64,000 nt of DNA from Acidimicrobiia bacterium (GCA_965203555.1 CBDBCY010000004.1:1472001-1536000); one strand, 5' to 3'. Numbered from the stretch's first letter, positions 29,755 to 40,141 are shown. Notes: generated by a model not told the origin, from the letters alone. Translations and numbers: made by a program.

Positions 29755-30240
29755 TCAGGAGGAGTCGATCGACAGTCCGGCCAGAACCTCCTCCAGTGTG
29801 TACCCGACCCAAACATCCTCCTCCCATTGGGCGAGTTGGATCAGGACCCCGTTTGTGCTGCGAGGATGCAAAAAGGCCTCGTTCCAATGATCGCCGAAGT
29901 GCAGACCGGTGACGAAAAAGCCCCCTTCCTCAGCTTTCTGCACGGCCTCGGCCAAGTCCTCGACCTGGAAAGTGAGATGGTGCAGACCCTCTCCCCGCTG
30001 CTTCAGGAATCGGTGGAGAAAGGATTCCTCATCCAGCGGCGACATGAGTTCCAGCGATCCCTGGGGCAGGTGGAATTGGACCCATCGAAACCTGTTGCGG
30101 GGGTGATCGGCGCCCTGATAGAAGCGGCCTCCCAGTAACTCGACCAAAGGAAGGGCAGCGCGGATGTCATGGACCGCCCAGGCAACGTGGTCAAGCCGCT
30201 TGACTATCCCGCTCAATCCCAAAGTCGCCTCGGCATCCAT
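29755..30240 (-). CDS. VOC family protein (methylmalonyl-CoA epimerase-like)
   Basis: LDHVAWAV, LELMSP, RGEGLHHLTFQV, AFLHPRSTNGVLIQL. Confidence 0.85.
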   Translation of the reverse strand: MDAEATLGLSGIVKRLDHVAWAVHDIRAALPLVELLGGRFYQGADHPRNRFRWVQFHLPQGSLELMSPLDEESFLHRFLKQRGEGLHHLTFQVEDLAEAVQKAEEGGFFVTGLHFGDHWNEAFLHPRSTNGVLIQLAQWEEDVWVGYTLEEVLAGLSIDSS

Positions 30241-30304
30241 AGCCGGAGGAGGCTACCAGCCGCTCCGGACCGCCAAACCCACCGACTTCGGGCCTTTGAT
30301 GGAT

Positions 30305-31495
30305 TCAGCCAGCCGCAGGCGCCCACCAGTCGGAGAGGACCTCATTGAAGGACAGGGTGGGAACCAGCACCTGCGCCCCTTCCGCAGATCGATAATCCTC
30401 CACCGGGATACTGAGCTGGGACACCTGCGAGGGACTGAGATCTCTGTATCGCCAAGCCCAGTCAACCGCCTCGACGACCGACCAGCCCCTGTCCAGGCGA
30501 AGGGTATGGGACAGGTTCCGCAGTCTCGCCACCAACTCGATATGAGAGGAACTTTGCAGGCCGCCGGCCAGTTTCAGCAACAACTCCCGCTGGTGGCGCT
30601 GGCGAGCAAAGTCAGATCTCCAGGCCTGCTGCCACTCTCCTTCCACCAATTGCCGGGCATTCCGGGACCGGGCGTAGGCCAGGGCGGTGGCTCCGTCCGA
30701 ATAACAACCGGGCTCGGTGATGTCAAGATGGGCTTTTTCGTCGCGCGTGGGGTGCTCGAAGCAGACTTCGACTCCCCCCAGGCCGTCCACCAATTCCACG
30801 AAACCCTCGAAGTCCACCCGTGCAAAGTGGTCCACCTCCACACCGGTGAAGTCAGTGATGGCCATAGCCAAAAGTTCAGGACCGTTGGCAAACCCGGTAC
30901 ATCCGCCCAGATTGGCGTTTACCCGACGAAAGTCCTCGGAGCAGAAGTTGTACAGGTAAAGATCGCGGGGAATCGAAACCATTGCCGGTGGCGCGCCGCC
31001 CTCCGGAAAGAGCGCCAGGATGATGCTGTCAGCCAGATATCCGGTGGCGTCAGCGCCCATCAACAGCACCGTATCGAACATTCCGTCCGGCAACTTGACC
31101 GGACTCCGGGCGAAGGACACCGGCTCGGGGGCCGCCTCCGGTTCTTCCTCCATTGCCTCTGCTTCCTCCTCGCCGAGGTCGAGCGACGCCTCTTCAACTT
31201 CCTCTGCCGGATCTTCGACAACCGGCGACGGCTCTTCGGGGGGCGGGCTGTCGGTTTCCTGCAACTCCTGCTCGGAGATCTCCCTGCGACCCTCCTCCAC
31301 CTCGGCCGGGGTTCGCTGTTCCAAGGCGGCCCTGGCCTCGGGAGGAGAAAAAGGCACGTCGGCGGCAGCTTTGAAGCCGAAGTACAGCCGTAGTCCCACC
31401 ACCGCGAATCCCACCAGAAACACCAGGCCCACCCCGATCCAGATCCGTCGTTGCTTCCTGCGGCGTATTGTTCTGAGCGCAATCCTGCTGGTCAA
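30305..31495 (-). CDS. LCP (LytR-CpsA-Psr) family protein
   Basis: Basic N-terminus + TM; VSIPRDLY, VDHFARVDFEGF..LVD..GGV, ALAYARSR, SDFARQRHQ. Confidence 0.9.
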   Translation of the reverse strand: MTSRIALRTIRRRKQRRIWIGVGLVFLVGFAVVGLRLYFGFKAAADVPFSPPEARAALEQRTPAEVEEGRREISEQELQETDSPPPEEPSPVVEDPAEEVEEASLDLGEEEAEAMEEEPEAAPEPVSFARSPVKLPDGMFDTVLLMGADATGYLADSIILALFPEGGAPPAMVSIPRDLYLYNFCSEDFRRVNANLGGCTGFANGPELLAMAITDFTGVEVDHFARVDFEGFVELVDGLGGVEVCFEHPTRDEKAHLDITEPGCYSDGATALAYARSRNARQLVEGEWQQAWRSDFARQRHQRELLLKLAGGLQSSSHIELVARLRNLSHTLRLDRGWSVVEAVDWAWRYRDLSPSQVSQLSIPVEDYRSAEGAQVLVPTLSFNEVLSDWWAPAAG

Positions 31496-31594
31496 GTGAC
31501 TGTTGTTCCTACTGAAGAGCGGTTCCGATACCCCTAACCGAGGGAGGCTACCAGCGTTGCGGTGTCAAGCAGCGCCGCGCCGAGCCGAAGGGCG

Positions 31595-32932
31595 TCAACG
31601 GGCAGCAGGTTCCCACCATTCTGACAGGATCTTGTTGAACGGGCGGGTGGGAACGACCACCAGTTCGCCAAATGGCGTCTCGTATCCGTCCACCGCCACT
31701 CTCAGTTGCGTCACGAGGGAGAGATCCACATCGTGGTATTTCCATGCCCATCCCACCGCTTCGGCGATCGACCACCCGCTGTCCAGGCGGAAAGCGTGAG
31801 AAAGCGCCTGGAAGGAAGAGAGCAGTTCCGCAAGCGAGGACTCTCGCAATTGGTCGGCCAATTGCAATAGAAGTTCCCTCTGGTGCTGTTGACGAGTGAT
31901 ATCGGATGCCCAGGCCCGCTGCCATTCTCCATTCACCAGTTGACGAGCGTTGCGAGACCGGGCGTAGGCCAGAGCGGTTTTACCGTCCACCATTCGACAA
32001 CCCGCTTCGGTGATATCCAATCCGGCTTTTTGGTCGTAAGTGGGATGATCGAAACAGATCTCCACGCCCCCCATCTCCTCCACCAACTCGACAAAGCCCT
32101 TGAACTCGATCCGCACGTAATGATCCACTTTCACACCGGTGAAATCCTCGATTACCACCCCCAGAAGTTCCGGTCCGCTCACGCCGCCCCCGCATCCCCA
32201 CAGATTGGCGTTTATCCGGCGATGGTCCTTGGTGCACGGATTGGGCAGATACAGGTCCCGTGGAATGGAGACAAGCGCAGGAGGAGAGCCGTCCCCGGGA
32301 AAGAGTCCCAGCATGATGGTGTCCGCCAGCTTGCCACTGGCGTCGGCGCCGATCAGCAACACCGCATCAAACATCTCGTCCGGCAGAGCGGGACTGGCCA
32401 CATACGGATTGGAAAACGGTTCCGGTTCCTCTTCCGCCACTTCTGCCACATCCTGAGATTGAAGACCGAGTCCCCCCGCGCCCTGGATGAATTCGGGCGG
32501 TCTCGCATTCTCATCCCGCAAGGCTGCTCGCCGGGAGGGCGACCGGGAGGCCTCCACGACGGATGGACGCGGGCCGGCCGAGTCGTCCTCCAGCGGTCTT
32601 TCGGCATCGTCCTCGAATAGACCATTCCCCGAAGAACTCTTGACGTCCGACCCTTCCCGGGTTGGGTCATCCTTTCCGGGAAGCGGTGGCGGAATCGTGG
32701 AGGCCAGTTGCCGGCGGTTGTCGAATTCGGACCGGGAAATCTCCACTTCTCCGACGGTCAGATTCTCCATGGTCTCTCGAGCATCCCCGGTTGAATACCG
32801 CTCGCTTTCGGTGAATGTCTCCAAACCGAAGCTCACCAAGGTCAAAACCACCGAGAAAAACCCGATGACCCCCATCCACATCCGTCGCCGTTTCCAGCGC
32901 CGCTTCATTCTCGCCTCGTCTTCGATAATCAT
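31595..32932 (-). CDS. LCP family protein (tandem paralog)
   Basis: TM + disordered linker; VSIPRDLY, VDHYVRIEFKGF, ALAYARSR, SDITRQQHQ. Confidence 0.9.
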   Translation of the reverse strand: MIIEDEARMKRRWKRRRMWMGVIGFFSVVLTLVSFGLETFTESERYSTGDARETMENLTVGEVEISRSEFDNRRQLASTIPPPLPGKDDPTREGSDVKSSSGNGLFEDDAERPLEDDSAGPRPSVVEASRSPSRRAALRDENARPPEFIQGAGGLGLQSQDVAEVAEEEPEPFSNPYVASPALPDEMFDAVLLIGADASGKLADTIMLGLFPGDGSPPALVSIPRDLYLPNPCTKDHRRINANLWGCGGGVSGPELLGVVIEDFTGVKVDHYVRIEFKGFVELVEEMGGVEICFDHPTYDQKAGLDITEAGCRMVDGKTALAYARSRNARQLVNGEWQRAWASDITRQQHQRELLLQLADQLRESSLAELLSSFQALSHAFRLDSGWSIAEAVGWAWKYHDVDLSLVTQLRVAVDGYETPFGELVVVPTRPFNKILSEWWEPAAR

Positions 32933-32961
32933 CCGCGACCAGTCTTTCGAAGAGAAGAGGC

Positions 32962-33408
32962 TTACCCTGCCCGAGCGGCGGGACCGGCGCCTTTGTGAAA
33001 GACCGTCCCGGTAAAGAGCCCGACAATTCGCCCGTCCTCTCGCTCCACCGTGATTCGGTAGGTAGCCACGGATCGAGATCGGGTGGCGGGGCGCGCCGTG
33101 GCCACCAGACGATCGCCCGCCTTCGCCGATGCGGCCTGGACCAGATGAGTGTCCAGGGCGACGGCCGGGATCCGGGCATTGGAGATCAAAGAGAGTGCAA
33201 TATCAGCAAGCGAATACACCGCGCCGCCGTGAACCAGTCCCATGAAATTGGTGTGGCGGGGTTCGATCCGCAGCGCCACCTTCAGATCCACCGGATCGGG
33301 ATTGATGAGTTCGGCGCCCAGGTGGGCCGCGTACGGATCGCAAGAAAACATCTCCCGGAGGTGAGGGAACTCCCCCACCACCCGGGGTGCGTTGGGCGGC
33401 TCAGACAT
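32962..33408 (-). CDS. PaaI family hot-dog thioesterase
   Basis: DPYAAHLG, NFMGLVHGGAVYSLAD; start ATG 33408 overlaps the upstream gene. Confidence 0.88.
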   Translation of the reverse strand: MSEPPNAPRVVGEFPHLREMFSCDPYAAHLGAELINPDPVDLKVALRIEPRHTNFMGLVHGGAVYSLADIALSLISNARIPAVALDTHLVQAASAKAGDRLVATARPATRSRSVATYRITVEREDGRIVGLFTGTVFHKGAGPAARAG

Positions 33409-34117
33409 CCAATCCGGCGATCCACGCATCGAACAACTGATGGGCGCCTTCAATGAAATCATCCTCGGCGTCTTCCATTTCGGAAGCGAACTCCTGCGGA
33501 GTCTTTCCCGCTCGTTCCAGCATCTGGCGAGCGCCGGTGCCGGCCCAGTCGTTGGCTTCCGAATTGTGGGTCTCGGGATGGAACTGGATAGCCAACGCCG
33601 ATCCCTGGACGAAAGCCTGGGGAAAGCGGTCGGAACGAGCGAGCAATTCACTGCCCGGCGGCCTCTCGAAGGTGTCCTGGTGCATGGAGAAGACCCGCCG
33701 TCCGGCCACCTTGGAAACAACGGGATGACGGCGACCCGCCTCGGTCAGTTCCACCGGAACCGCCCCCACCTCCGGACGCTCGGCAAGGTAGGCGCGGCCG
33801 CCCAAGGCTGCCGCCAGGAGTTGGGAGCCCAGGCAGATCCCCAAGACCGGAACCTCCCGGTCGACGGCTTGGCGGGCCAAGGCCATTTCCTCCAAAAGGT
33901 ACGGGTTCTCTTCGGTCTCATAGGCTCCCATGATCCCGCCCATGATCACCAAAGCTCCCACTTCGTCCACCGAGGGCACGGGTTCCCCATCGGCTGTGTT
34001 GATCTCCTCCCAGTCAACCCCGGAACGGTCGAGTCGCTCCCCCAACCTGCCCACCGACCCGCAGGAATGCTTGATTACCACCACTTTGCCCACTTTGGAC
34101 AGTTTACCGGAGGCCAA
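33401..34117 (-). CDS. Class I glutamine amidotransferase (GMP-synthase-like)
   Basis: IMGG, GICLGSQ nucleophile elbow, QFHPE. Confidence 0.9.
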   Translation of the reverse strand: MASGKLSKVGKVVVIKHSCGSVGRLGERLDRSGVDWEEINTADGEPVPSVDEVGALVIMGGIMGAYETEENPYLLEEMALARQAVDREVPVLGICLGSQLLAAALGGRAYLAERPEVGAVPVELTEAGRRHPVVSKVAGRRVFSMHQDTFERPPGSELLARSDRFPQAFVQGSALAIQFHPETHNSEANDWAGTGARQMLERAGKTPQEFASEMEDAEDDFIEGAHQLFDAWIAGLDV

Positions 34118-34230
34118 AAGCTAACCTTAAACGTTCGTGCGGGCAGAAGGCCATCTTCCATATTTCTCAGAAAGACCCATAACCATCCCCTTCGTGGCAA
34201 AAAACCACGGTCTCAGCATTTGCCAAGGTC

Positions 34231-36444
34231 ATGCAGGATAATTGCCAGCCGCCAACCCCTCCCCACCGGCTACTGGGACTGACCGATCAGGAGCACGATG
34301 CCATCCGGGACCACTTGGGCCGCGAACCTAGACAGGCCGAACTCGCCGTTTACGGAGGCATGTGGTCGGAGGGTTGCTCCTACAAGTCCTCCACCCCCTA
34401 CCTGCGAAGACTCACCTCGGTCGCCTCATGGGTGGTGGTCGGACCGGGAGATAACGCCGGGGTGATCGACCTGGGAGAAGGGTGGATGCTGGCCCTTCGG
34501 ATCGAAAGTCACAATCATCCCTCCTACGTCGATCCCCACCATGGCGCCGCCACCGGAGTCGCCGGGGTGCTGAGAGACGTGGCGGCCATGGGCGCCCAGC
34601 CGGTAGCCCTGCTGAACCAGATTCGATTCGGGCCCCTCAGCCAGCCGAGGAGCCGGCAGAGGCTGCGGGATGTCGTGGAGGGAATGGCCGGATATGCCCG
34701 GACCGTGGGGGTCCCGATTGTGGGAGGGGAAGTGGCGTTCTCCGAGAGTTACGTGGACAACCCTCTGGTGAACGTGATGTGCGTGGGAACGCTCCGCCAG
34801 GGGGAACTGATCAGAGGGGTCGCCGGCCCGCCGGGCGCCAAGCTGGTGCTTCTGGGAGCGCCCACCGGCGCGGAGGGGATCGGTGGAGTGTCGATCCTTG
34901 CATCCACCGGCGCCCGGCGCTTGGAGTCTTCGCCGGTGACCATCCCGGAGGGCAATCCGGAGTTGGCCGCCGGGGTGCTGGCCGTGTGCCGGGAACTGGC
35001 CAGGAAGGGAGTGGTCGAGGGGATGCAGGACCTGGGGGGCGCAGGATTGGTCAGCGCCGCCGCCGAACCCGCCGCCCGATCCGGAGTCGGCGTCAGTATC
35101 GAGTTGTCCGCCATTCACACCCGCGGAGAAGAGATCGACGCAGCGGGCCTTTTGACCTCCGAGACCCAGGAGAGAATGTTGGCGTTCGTTGATCCTGGCT
35201 CCGTTTCAGAAGTCGTGGAGACCGCCCGGACCATGGGGGTCCACGCCTCGGTGATCGGAGAGGTGACCGCTTCACCGAACCTGCTGGTGACAAACCGGGA
35301 CGAGGTGGTGGCGGAGGCGCCGATCAAGTCCCTTACCGAAGGGGCGGTGGTCGACCATCATCAGATCGGCGAGCCGGGATGGATGGAGAATCTGTGGTCA
35401 AACAGCATCCGGTTCCTTCGCAGACCGGCACTGGGGGCGGTCCTGCTGGAGATCCTCGACGACCCCCGACTGGCCTCCAAACGCTGGATTTACCGGCAGT
35501 ACCCCACCGAGAGCAGGGAGGGCGTGATGGTCGGTCCGGGCCAGAATCATGCTCTTTTGAGAATCCCCGGCACCACCAAGTCGGTGGCGGTGTCCACCGA
35601 CGGAAACGGGCCCCTCTGTTACCTGGACCCGCGCCGCGGAGCGGGAAGACTGGTGTGTGAAGCGGCCCTCAACGTAGCCATATCCGGCGCCAGACCCCGG
35701 GCGGTGGTGGACAATCTCAATTTCGGAAGCCCCGACAGTCCCGACGTAATGTGGCAGTTCCGGGAGACTGTGGAAGGCTTGGCCGAAGCATGTGAGCTGC
35801 TCGGCCTGCCGGTGGTGTCGGGCAACGTGTCCTTCCACAACGAAATCGACGGGTACCCCATCTATCCCACCCCGGTGATCGGAGTGGTGGGAGTGGCGGA
35901 CCCGGCCCCGTCTCACCCACCCGGGATGGACCGGGCGGAGGAAGGCATGGAGTTGTGGTTACTGGGATTGAACAATACGGTCAACCTGGCGGGCAGCTCC
36001 TTTTCCAAAGTCGCTTTCGGTCACCTGGGAGGGCGTCCGGCCGCCGCTGACTTCACCCTCTGCCAGGCAGCAATCGAGACTGCCCTGCAACTGGTGAGCG
36101 AAGGCCTGACCCCGGTCCTGCACGACATTTCCGACGGAGGCCTGGCGCTGGCCGCGGCGGAGATCGCCATCTCTTCGCAGGTCGGAATCAACGTCATCTT
36201 CAAAGACTGGCGAAGCCTGTTCACCGAGGACCCCAACCGACTTCTGGCGGCGGTCCTGCCCAGGGACGTCCCCCGGCTGCTGGAGATCACCTCCCGGCAG
36301 GGCCTGCCCGCCTCTCAGGTCGGAACCTTCGGGGGAAGCGAAGTCTCCCTGGAGAGCGGCGGTGTGCGGGGCGCGGTCAACCTGGCGGTGGCCACCCGCA
36401 CGTGGCGGGACGCCATCGGCCGACGGATGGAGAAAGGGTCCTAA
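34231..36444 (+). CDS. purL: Phosphoribosylformylglycinamidine synthase subunit PurL-like (divergent active site)
   Basis: GPGDNAGV, ESHNHPS, GAATGV, DLGGAGL, DNLNFG, SGNVSF, HDISDGG; but SEGC instead of SEHC. Confidence 0.85.
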   Translation: MQDNCQPPTPPHRLLGLTDQEHDAIRDHLGREPRQAELAVYGGMWSEGCSYKSSTPYLRRLTSVASWVVVGPGDNAGVIDLGEGWMLALRIESHNHPSYVDPHHGAATGVAGVLRDVAAMGAQPVALLNQIRFGPLSQPRSRQRLRDVVEGMAGYARTVGVPIVGGEVAFSESYVDNPLVNVMCVGTLRQGELIRGVAGPPGAKLVLLGAPTGAEGIGGVSILASTGARRLESSPVTIPEGNPELAAGVLAVCRELARKGVVEGMQDLGGAGLVSAAAEPAARSGVGVSIELSAIHTRGEEIDAAGLLTSETQERMLAFVDPGSVSEVVETARTMGVHASVIGEVTASPNLLVTNRDEVVAEAPIKSLTEGAVVDHHQIGEPGWMENLWSNSIRFLRRPALGAVLLEILDDPRLASKRWIYRQYPTESREGVMVGPGQNHALLRIPGTTKSVAVSTDGNGPLCYLDPRRGAGRLVCEAALNVAISGARPRAVVDNLNFGSPDSPDVMWQFRETVEGLAEACELLGLPVVSGNVSFHNEIDGYPIYPTPVIGVVGVADPAPSHPPGMDRAEEGMELWLLGLNNTVNLAGSSFSKVAFGHLGGRPAAADFTLCQAAIETALQLVSEGLTPVLHDISDGGLALAAAEIAISSQVGINVIFKDWRSLFTEDPNRLLAAVLPRDVPRLLEITSRQGLPASQVGTFGGSEVSLESGGVRGAVNLAVATRTWRDAIGRRMEKGS

Positions 36445-36495
36445 CCCTTTGAAACCGGCCCGCTGAACTGGCGCCTCCCTACCGGAGGCCGGACA

Positions 36496-37257
36496 TCAAG
36501 ACGCGATTCCGCAGTCCTTCAGATAGTTTCCGATCGCATCAGCCAGCAGCCAGGCGTCGGGACTGAGCGCCACGAGCGAGGCACCCGCTTCCGCTCCTGC
36601 CTTGGCGTCCGCCGGTGATGAAACAGCGATCCCATAGGGAACGCCTCTCGCTCGGCATCCTTCAAAGACCTGCCCCACCAGCTCCCAGCGAGACTGTTCG
36701 TCCGCGAGCACGCCGTGGGTCAGTGACAAATCGACCGCACCCACCAGGACGGCATCGATCCCGGGAACGGCGAGAATCTCTGCCAAGTTCGCCAAACCAC
36801 CGCGGGTTTCGATCATGATCACGCACAGGACCTCGTTGTTAGCCATGTCCGTGCTCCACTCCGGTCGCCCCAGAGCGGCTCGCACCGGACCGAAACTCCG
36901 GCTGCCCAAAGGCGGAAAACGACAGGCTGCCACCGCTTCCGCCGCTTCGGCCGGGTTGTCGACCATTGGCACTATGACCCCGGTAGCTCCCGCATCCAGA
37001 ACCCTGCCGATCTCCCACCTATCGGGCCCATTCACCCGGACGATCGAAGGAAGACCGAAGCCATCGATCACCTGTAGAGCCGCGACCAACTGATCGTGAG
37101 CCCAAAGACCGTGCTGAAGATCGACTCCTACCCAGTCGTAGGGATGATGGCAAAACACCTCCGCCACAAACGGGGAAGGGATCATGCACCAGGCGCCGAA
37201 GCAGACATCCCCTCTTTGGAGCCGTTGTTTCAGGCCGTCTCTGGTCTGTTTCGTCAT
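36496..37257 (-). CDS. HpcH/HpaI aldolase family protein
   Basis: DLQHG, VRV, LDAGA.GVIVPMV, PPLGSRSFG, IET, GAVDL. Confidence 0.9.
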   Translation of the reverse strand: MTKQTRDGLKQRLQRGDVCFGAWCMIPSPFVAEVFCHHPYDWVGVDLQHGLWAHDQLVAALQVIDGFGLPSIVRVNGPDRWEIGRVLDAGATGVIVPMVDNPAEAAEAVAACRFPPLGSRSFGPVRAALGRPEWSTDMANNEVLCVIMIETRGGLANLAEILAVPGIDAVLVGAVDLSLTHGVLADEQSRWELVGQVFEGCRARGVPYGIAVSSPADAKAGAEAGASLVALSPDAWLLADAIGNYLKDCGIAS

Positions 37258-38225
37258 GCCGGTTGGCCGATGATAGCCAGTAGCCGCCGGCCCTCTTCCA
37301 GGCGATGGATGTTCTCGACGGCCATCTGGGCGCGGCGATCCGCCGTCTCCCGGGTGAGGCCCGCAATGTGTCCGGTCAAGGTCACTTTCGGATGGTTCAG
37401 CAGACCGCTTCCGGGGTCGGGAGGTTCGCTGCCGAATACATCGAGACCGGCCCCGGCCAGAGTTGCATTGGAAAGGGCCTCCAGGAGAGCATTTTCGTCC
37501 ACCAGGGCTCCCCGTGCCATGTTGATAATCCGCGCGCCGGGATGCATGAGGGCGATGCGCCTGCCATCCAGAAGATGACGGGTTCCGGAGTTGAGCGGAA
37601 CGTGAAGCGAAACAAAGTCGGCGCTCTGAAGTTGACTGTCGAGGTGGTCGATGTGACCGGCGAAGGAAAGCACCCGCCCTTCGCCATGCCGGGTTGAGAT
37701 GGGCTCTACGTCGAGGGCGTGAACCTGCATCCCAAACGCATGAGCCCTGACGGCCAAAGCTCTCCCGCTGGCGCCGAAGCCGACAATCAGAAGCAGCTTT
37801 CCACAAAGCTCTCCACCGAACGGTTCCCACATCCTGCCATTGCGCATCAACTCCTCGCTTCGCCGGGGCCGGCGGACCAGCATCAGCATGTGCATGACAG
37901 CACATTCAGCCAAGGCAATCGCGCTCGTCTGGCCGGGGCAATTGGCGACAACCAACCTTTTGGAGGCATAGGCAAGATCGAAGTGATCGAATCCGGTGCC
38001 CAGGATTTGCCATAGTCGAACGTTCCGGGCGGCATCCATCATGGATCTGGTGCCCCAGCCCCCCAGATCCACAACCACATCTGCGTCGGACAACTGTGAT
38101 TCGAGGTCGGCTTCGGAGTTCAGAGTGGTCAATCGATGTTTTGACGGAAGCACCTTTTGGAAAGCCTCCTGCCAGATGGTGAAGCCCCTCACCGGAATGA
38201 AAACAACCCGCAGGCCTGTGGTCAT
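37254..38225 (-). CDS. D-isomer-specific 2-hydroxyacid dehydrogenase
   Basis: GTGFDHFD, VGFGASG, HVPL, INMARGALVDE, LDVF..EP, GHIAG. Confidence 0.92.
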   Translation of the reverse strand: MTTGLRVVFIPVRGFTIWQEAFQKVLPSKHRLTTLNSEADLESQLSDADVVVDLGGWGTRSMMDAARNVRLWQILGTGFDHFDLAYASKRLVVANCPGQTSAIALAECAVMHMLMLVRRPRRSEELMRNGRMWEPFGGELCGKLLLIVGFGASGRALAVRAHAFGMQVHALDVEPISTRHGEGRVLSFAGHIDHLDSQLQSADFVSLHVPLNSGTRHLLDGRRIALMHPGARIINMARGALVDENALLEALSNATLAGAGLDVFGSEPPDPGSGLLNHPKVTLTGHIAGLTRETADRRAQMAVENIHRLEEGRRLLAIIGQPA

Positions 38226-38254
38226 GACCGGGTTCTCCGACCGCCCAGATCGGT

Positions 38255-39313
38255 CTATCGGTCGTTCTCGGGCCGGGAGACGGCTTCTGCCGTCCCCCGC
38301 CCGGAAGAGGTTCGCTCCCGCATTGCCAGCAGGCGGCGATATTTCTCCCTCTGTTCCTGGGAAACCTGATCGATCGCCACTGCAACCACCAGCAGGGCTC
38401 CATTGGCAACCTGCGCCCATGCCGAATCGAGACCCACGGCGATAATCCCGTTGCGGATGTTGCCGATGAGCACCAAGGCGATCAGAACGCCTCCCAGGGA
38501 TCCCTCCCCCCCGCTGAACGCCACCCCGCCCAGGATGACGGCGGTTATCACTTCGAGTTCAAATCCCACTCCGAAGGTGGGGTTGGCCGTCCCCAACCTG
38601 CTGGCTGCAAGGAGCCCTACCAAGCCGACTATCAGCCCGTTCACCAGGAACAGCCCGATGGTCATCCTCCGTATGTTGATGCCGACTCGCTGCGCGGCGT
38701 CCCGACTGCTTCCCATGGCGTAGATGTGGCGACCGGTCGTGGTGCGGTGCAGGTAGATCCCCACCACTGCGAAGCCCAGGAACAGGAACCAGACCGGAGA
38801 CTGGAGACCGAAGAACCTGGTCCCACCGAGGATCTTGAACTGGTCGGGCACGCCCGTCACCGCGTAGCCGCTGGTCATGAGAACGGCAACTCCCCGCAAC
38901 ACCGCCAGCATTCCCAGTGTGATTATCAAGGGAGAGATCTTGAACCGCCACACCATCAGGCCGTTCAACAGCCCTATGGCGCCCCCCACCGCCATGCCGG
39001 CAAGGATGGCCGGAATCACCCCGATATCGCGAGCCGCCAAGGCTGCGGCTGTGGCGCACACGGCCATCATGGAACCGATGGACAAGTCGATGTTGCCTCC
39101 GATCATCAGAAGACTGGTGCCCAGCGCTCCGATACCGATGAATGCGATTTGAAGTCCAATCACCCGGTAGTTATCGAAGTTGAAGTAGAACGGCGCGGTA
39201 AAACGCAGGAAAATCAGCCAGATGGCCAGAGCGATCAAGAGTCCGATATTGCGGGCCCCGATCCGAGGCAGGAAACGAAGTCTGCGCTTCTCTCCGTTTT
39301 GGGAGGATTTCAT
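38255..39313 (-). CDS. Sugar ABC transporter permease (RbsC-like)
   Basis: GNIDLSIGS, GRHIYAMG, ELEVITAVILGG. Confidence 0.93.
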   Translation of the reverse strand: MKSSQNGEKRRLRFLPRIGARNIGLLIALAIWLIFLRFTAPFYFNFDNYRVIGLQIAFIGIGALGTSLLMIGGNIDLSIGSMMAVCATAAALAARDIGVIPAILAGMAVGGAIGLLNGLMVWRFKISPLIITLGMLAVLRGVAVLMTSGYAVTGVPDQFKILGGTRFFGLQSPVWFLFLGFAVVGIYLHRTTTGRHIYAMGSSRDAAQRVGINIRRMTIGLFLVNGLIVGLVGLLAASRLGTANPTFGVGFELEVITAVILGGVAFSGGEGSLGGVLIALVLIGNIRNGIIAVGLDSAWAQVANGALLVVAVAIDQVSQEQREKYRRLLAMRERTSSGRGTAEAVSRPENDR

Positions 39314-40122
39314 AGATCCTCCCCGAGATCGTCCATTCCCGTCATGGCGGAGACGATCTCTCTTCGATTGGTCGAGGCCGCCGGCGTATCCAATACCACC
39401 GCACCCAGCCGCAGCACCACGATCCGATCAGCGACCCGGAAGACGTCTTCCAGACTGTGGCTGATCATCACCACCCCGACCCCTTGTTCGGCTACCTTCC
39501 TGATCAGAATCAAAGAAGCCTGGGTTTGGGTTACTCCCAGAGCGGCGGTCGGTTCGTCGAGGATCACCAGTCGGTGGGCCTTTACCAAGGCCCTGGCAAT
39601 CGCCACTGCCTGCCGCTGCCCGCCGGACAGCCTGGCTACCCGGGTGTGCAGGTCAGGGATGGCCGCACCCACCCTTCCGATCAATTCTCCGGCACGGTGG
39701 GCCGATTCCCGTTCGTCTATGAATTTCACCGGTCCTATCTTCAGCCGAACCGGCTCTTGGCCCAACATCACATTGGCAGACGCCGAGAGGGTGTCGCACA
39801 GCGCCAGATCCTGGTATACCGCTTCTATTCCAAGTTGTCTTGCCTGCAGAGTGGTCAGGCCGGCGTAAGACTCACCGCCCACCAGAATCTCTCCTTCATC
39901 CGGGCGATGGACGCCCGTAATGACCTTGATGAGAGTGCTTTTTCCGGCGCCGTTGTCTCCAACCAGGCAAAGCACCTCCCCACCCCGCACTCCCAGGCTG
40001 GCTTGGTCCACCGCTTGGAGCGCCCCGAAGTACTTCGAGACGCTCCGCACTTCCACCACATAGTCGGACTGGCCGCGCCGACCACTATCGCCGATGGTCC
40101 CAGGTTGCATGTCTTGGTTCAA
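39310..40122 (-). CDS. Sugar ABC transporter ATP-binding protein
   Basis: GDNGAGKS, VYQDLAL, LSGGQRQ, ILDEPTAALG. Confidence 0.95.
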   Translation of the reverse strand: MNQDMQPGTIGDSGRRGQSDYVVEVRSVSKYFGALQAVDQASLGVRGGEVLCLVGDNGAGKSTLIKVITGVHRPDEGEILVGGESYAGLTTLQARQLGIEAVYQDLALCDTLSASANVMLGQEPVRLKIGPVKFIDERESAHRAGELIGRVGAAIPDLHTRVARLSGGQRQAVAIARALVKAHRLVILDEPTAALGVTQTQASLILIRKVAEQGVGVVMISHSLEDVFRVADRIVVLRLGAVVLDTPAASTNRREIVSAMTGMDDLGEDL

Positions 40123-40141
40123 TAAACCAGGACTTTAGGGA

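Noticed and set aside
33401-34117. purQ
   Set aside because: Lacks the PurQ signatures (GICNGFQ, MPHPER); GMP-synthase-like GATase instead
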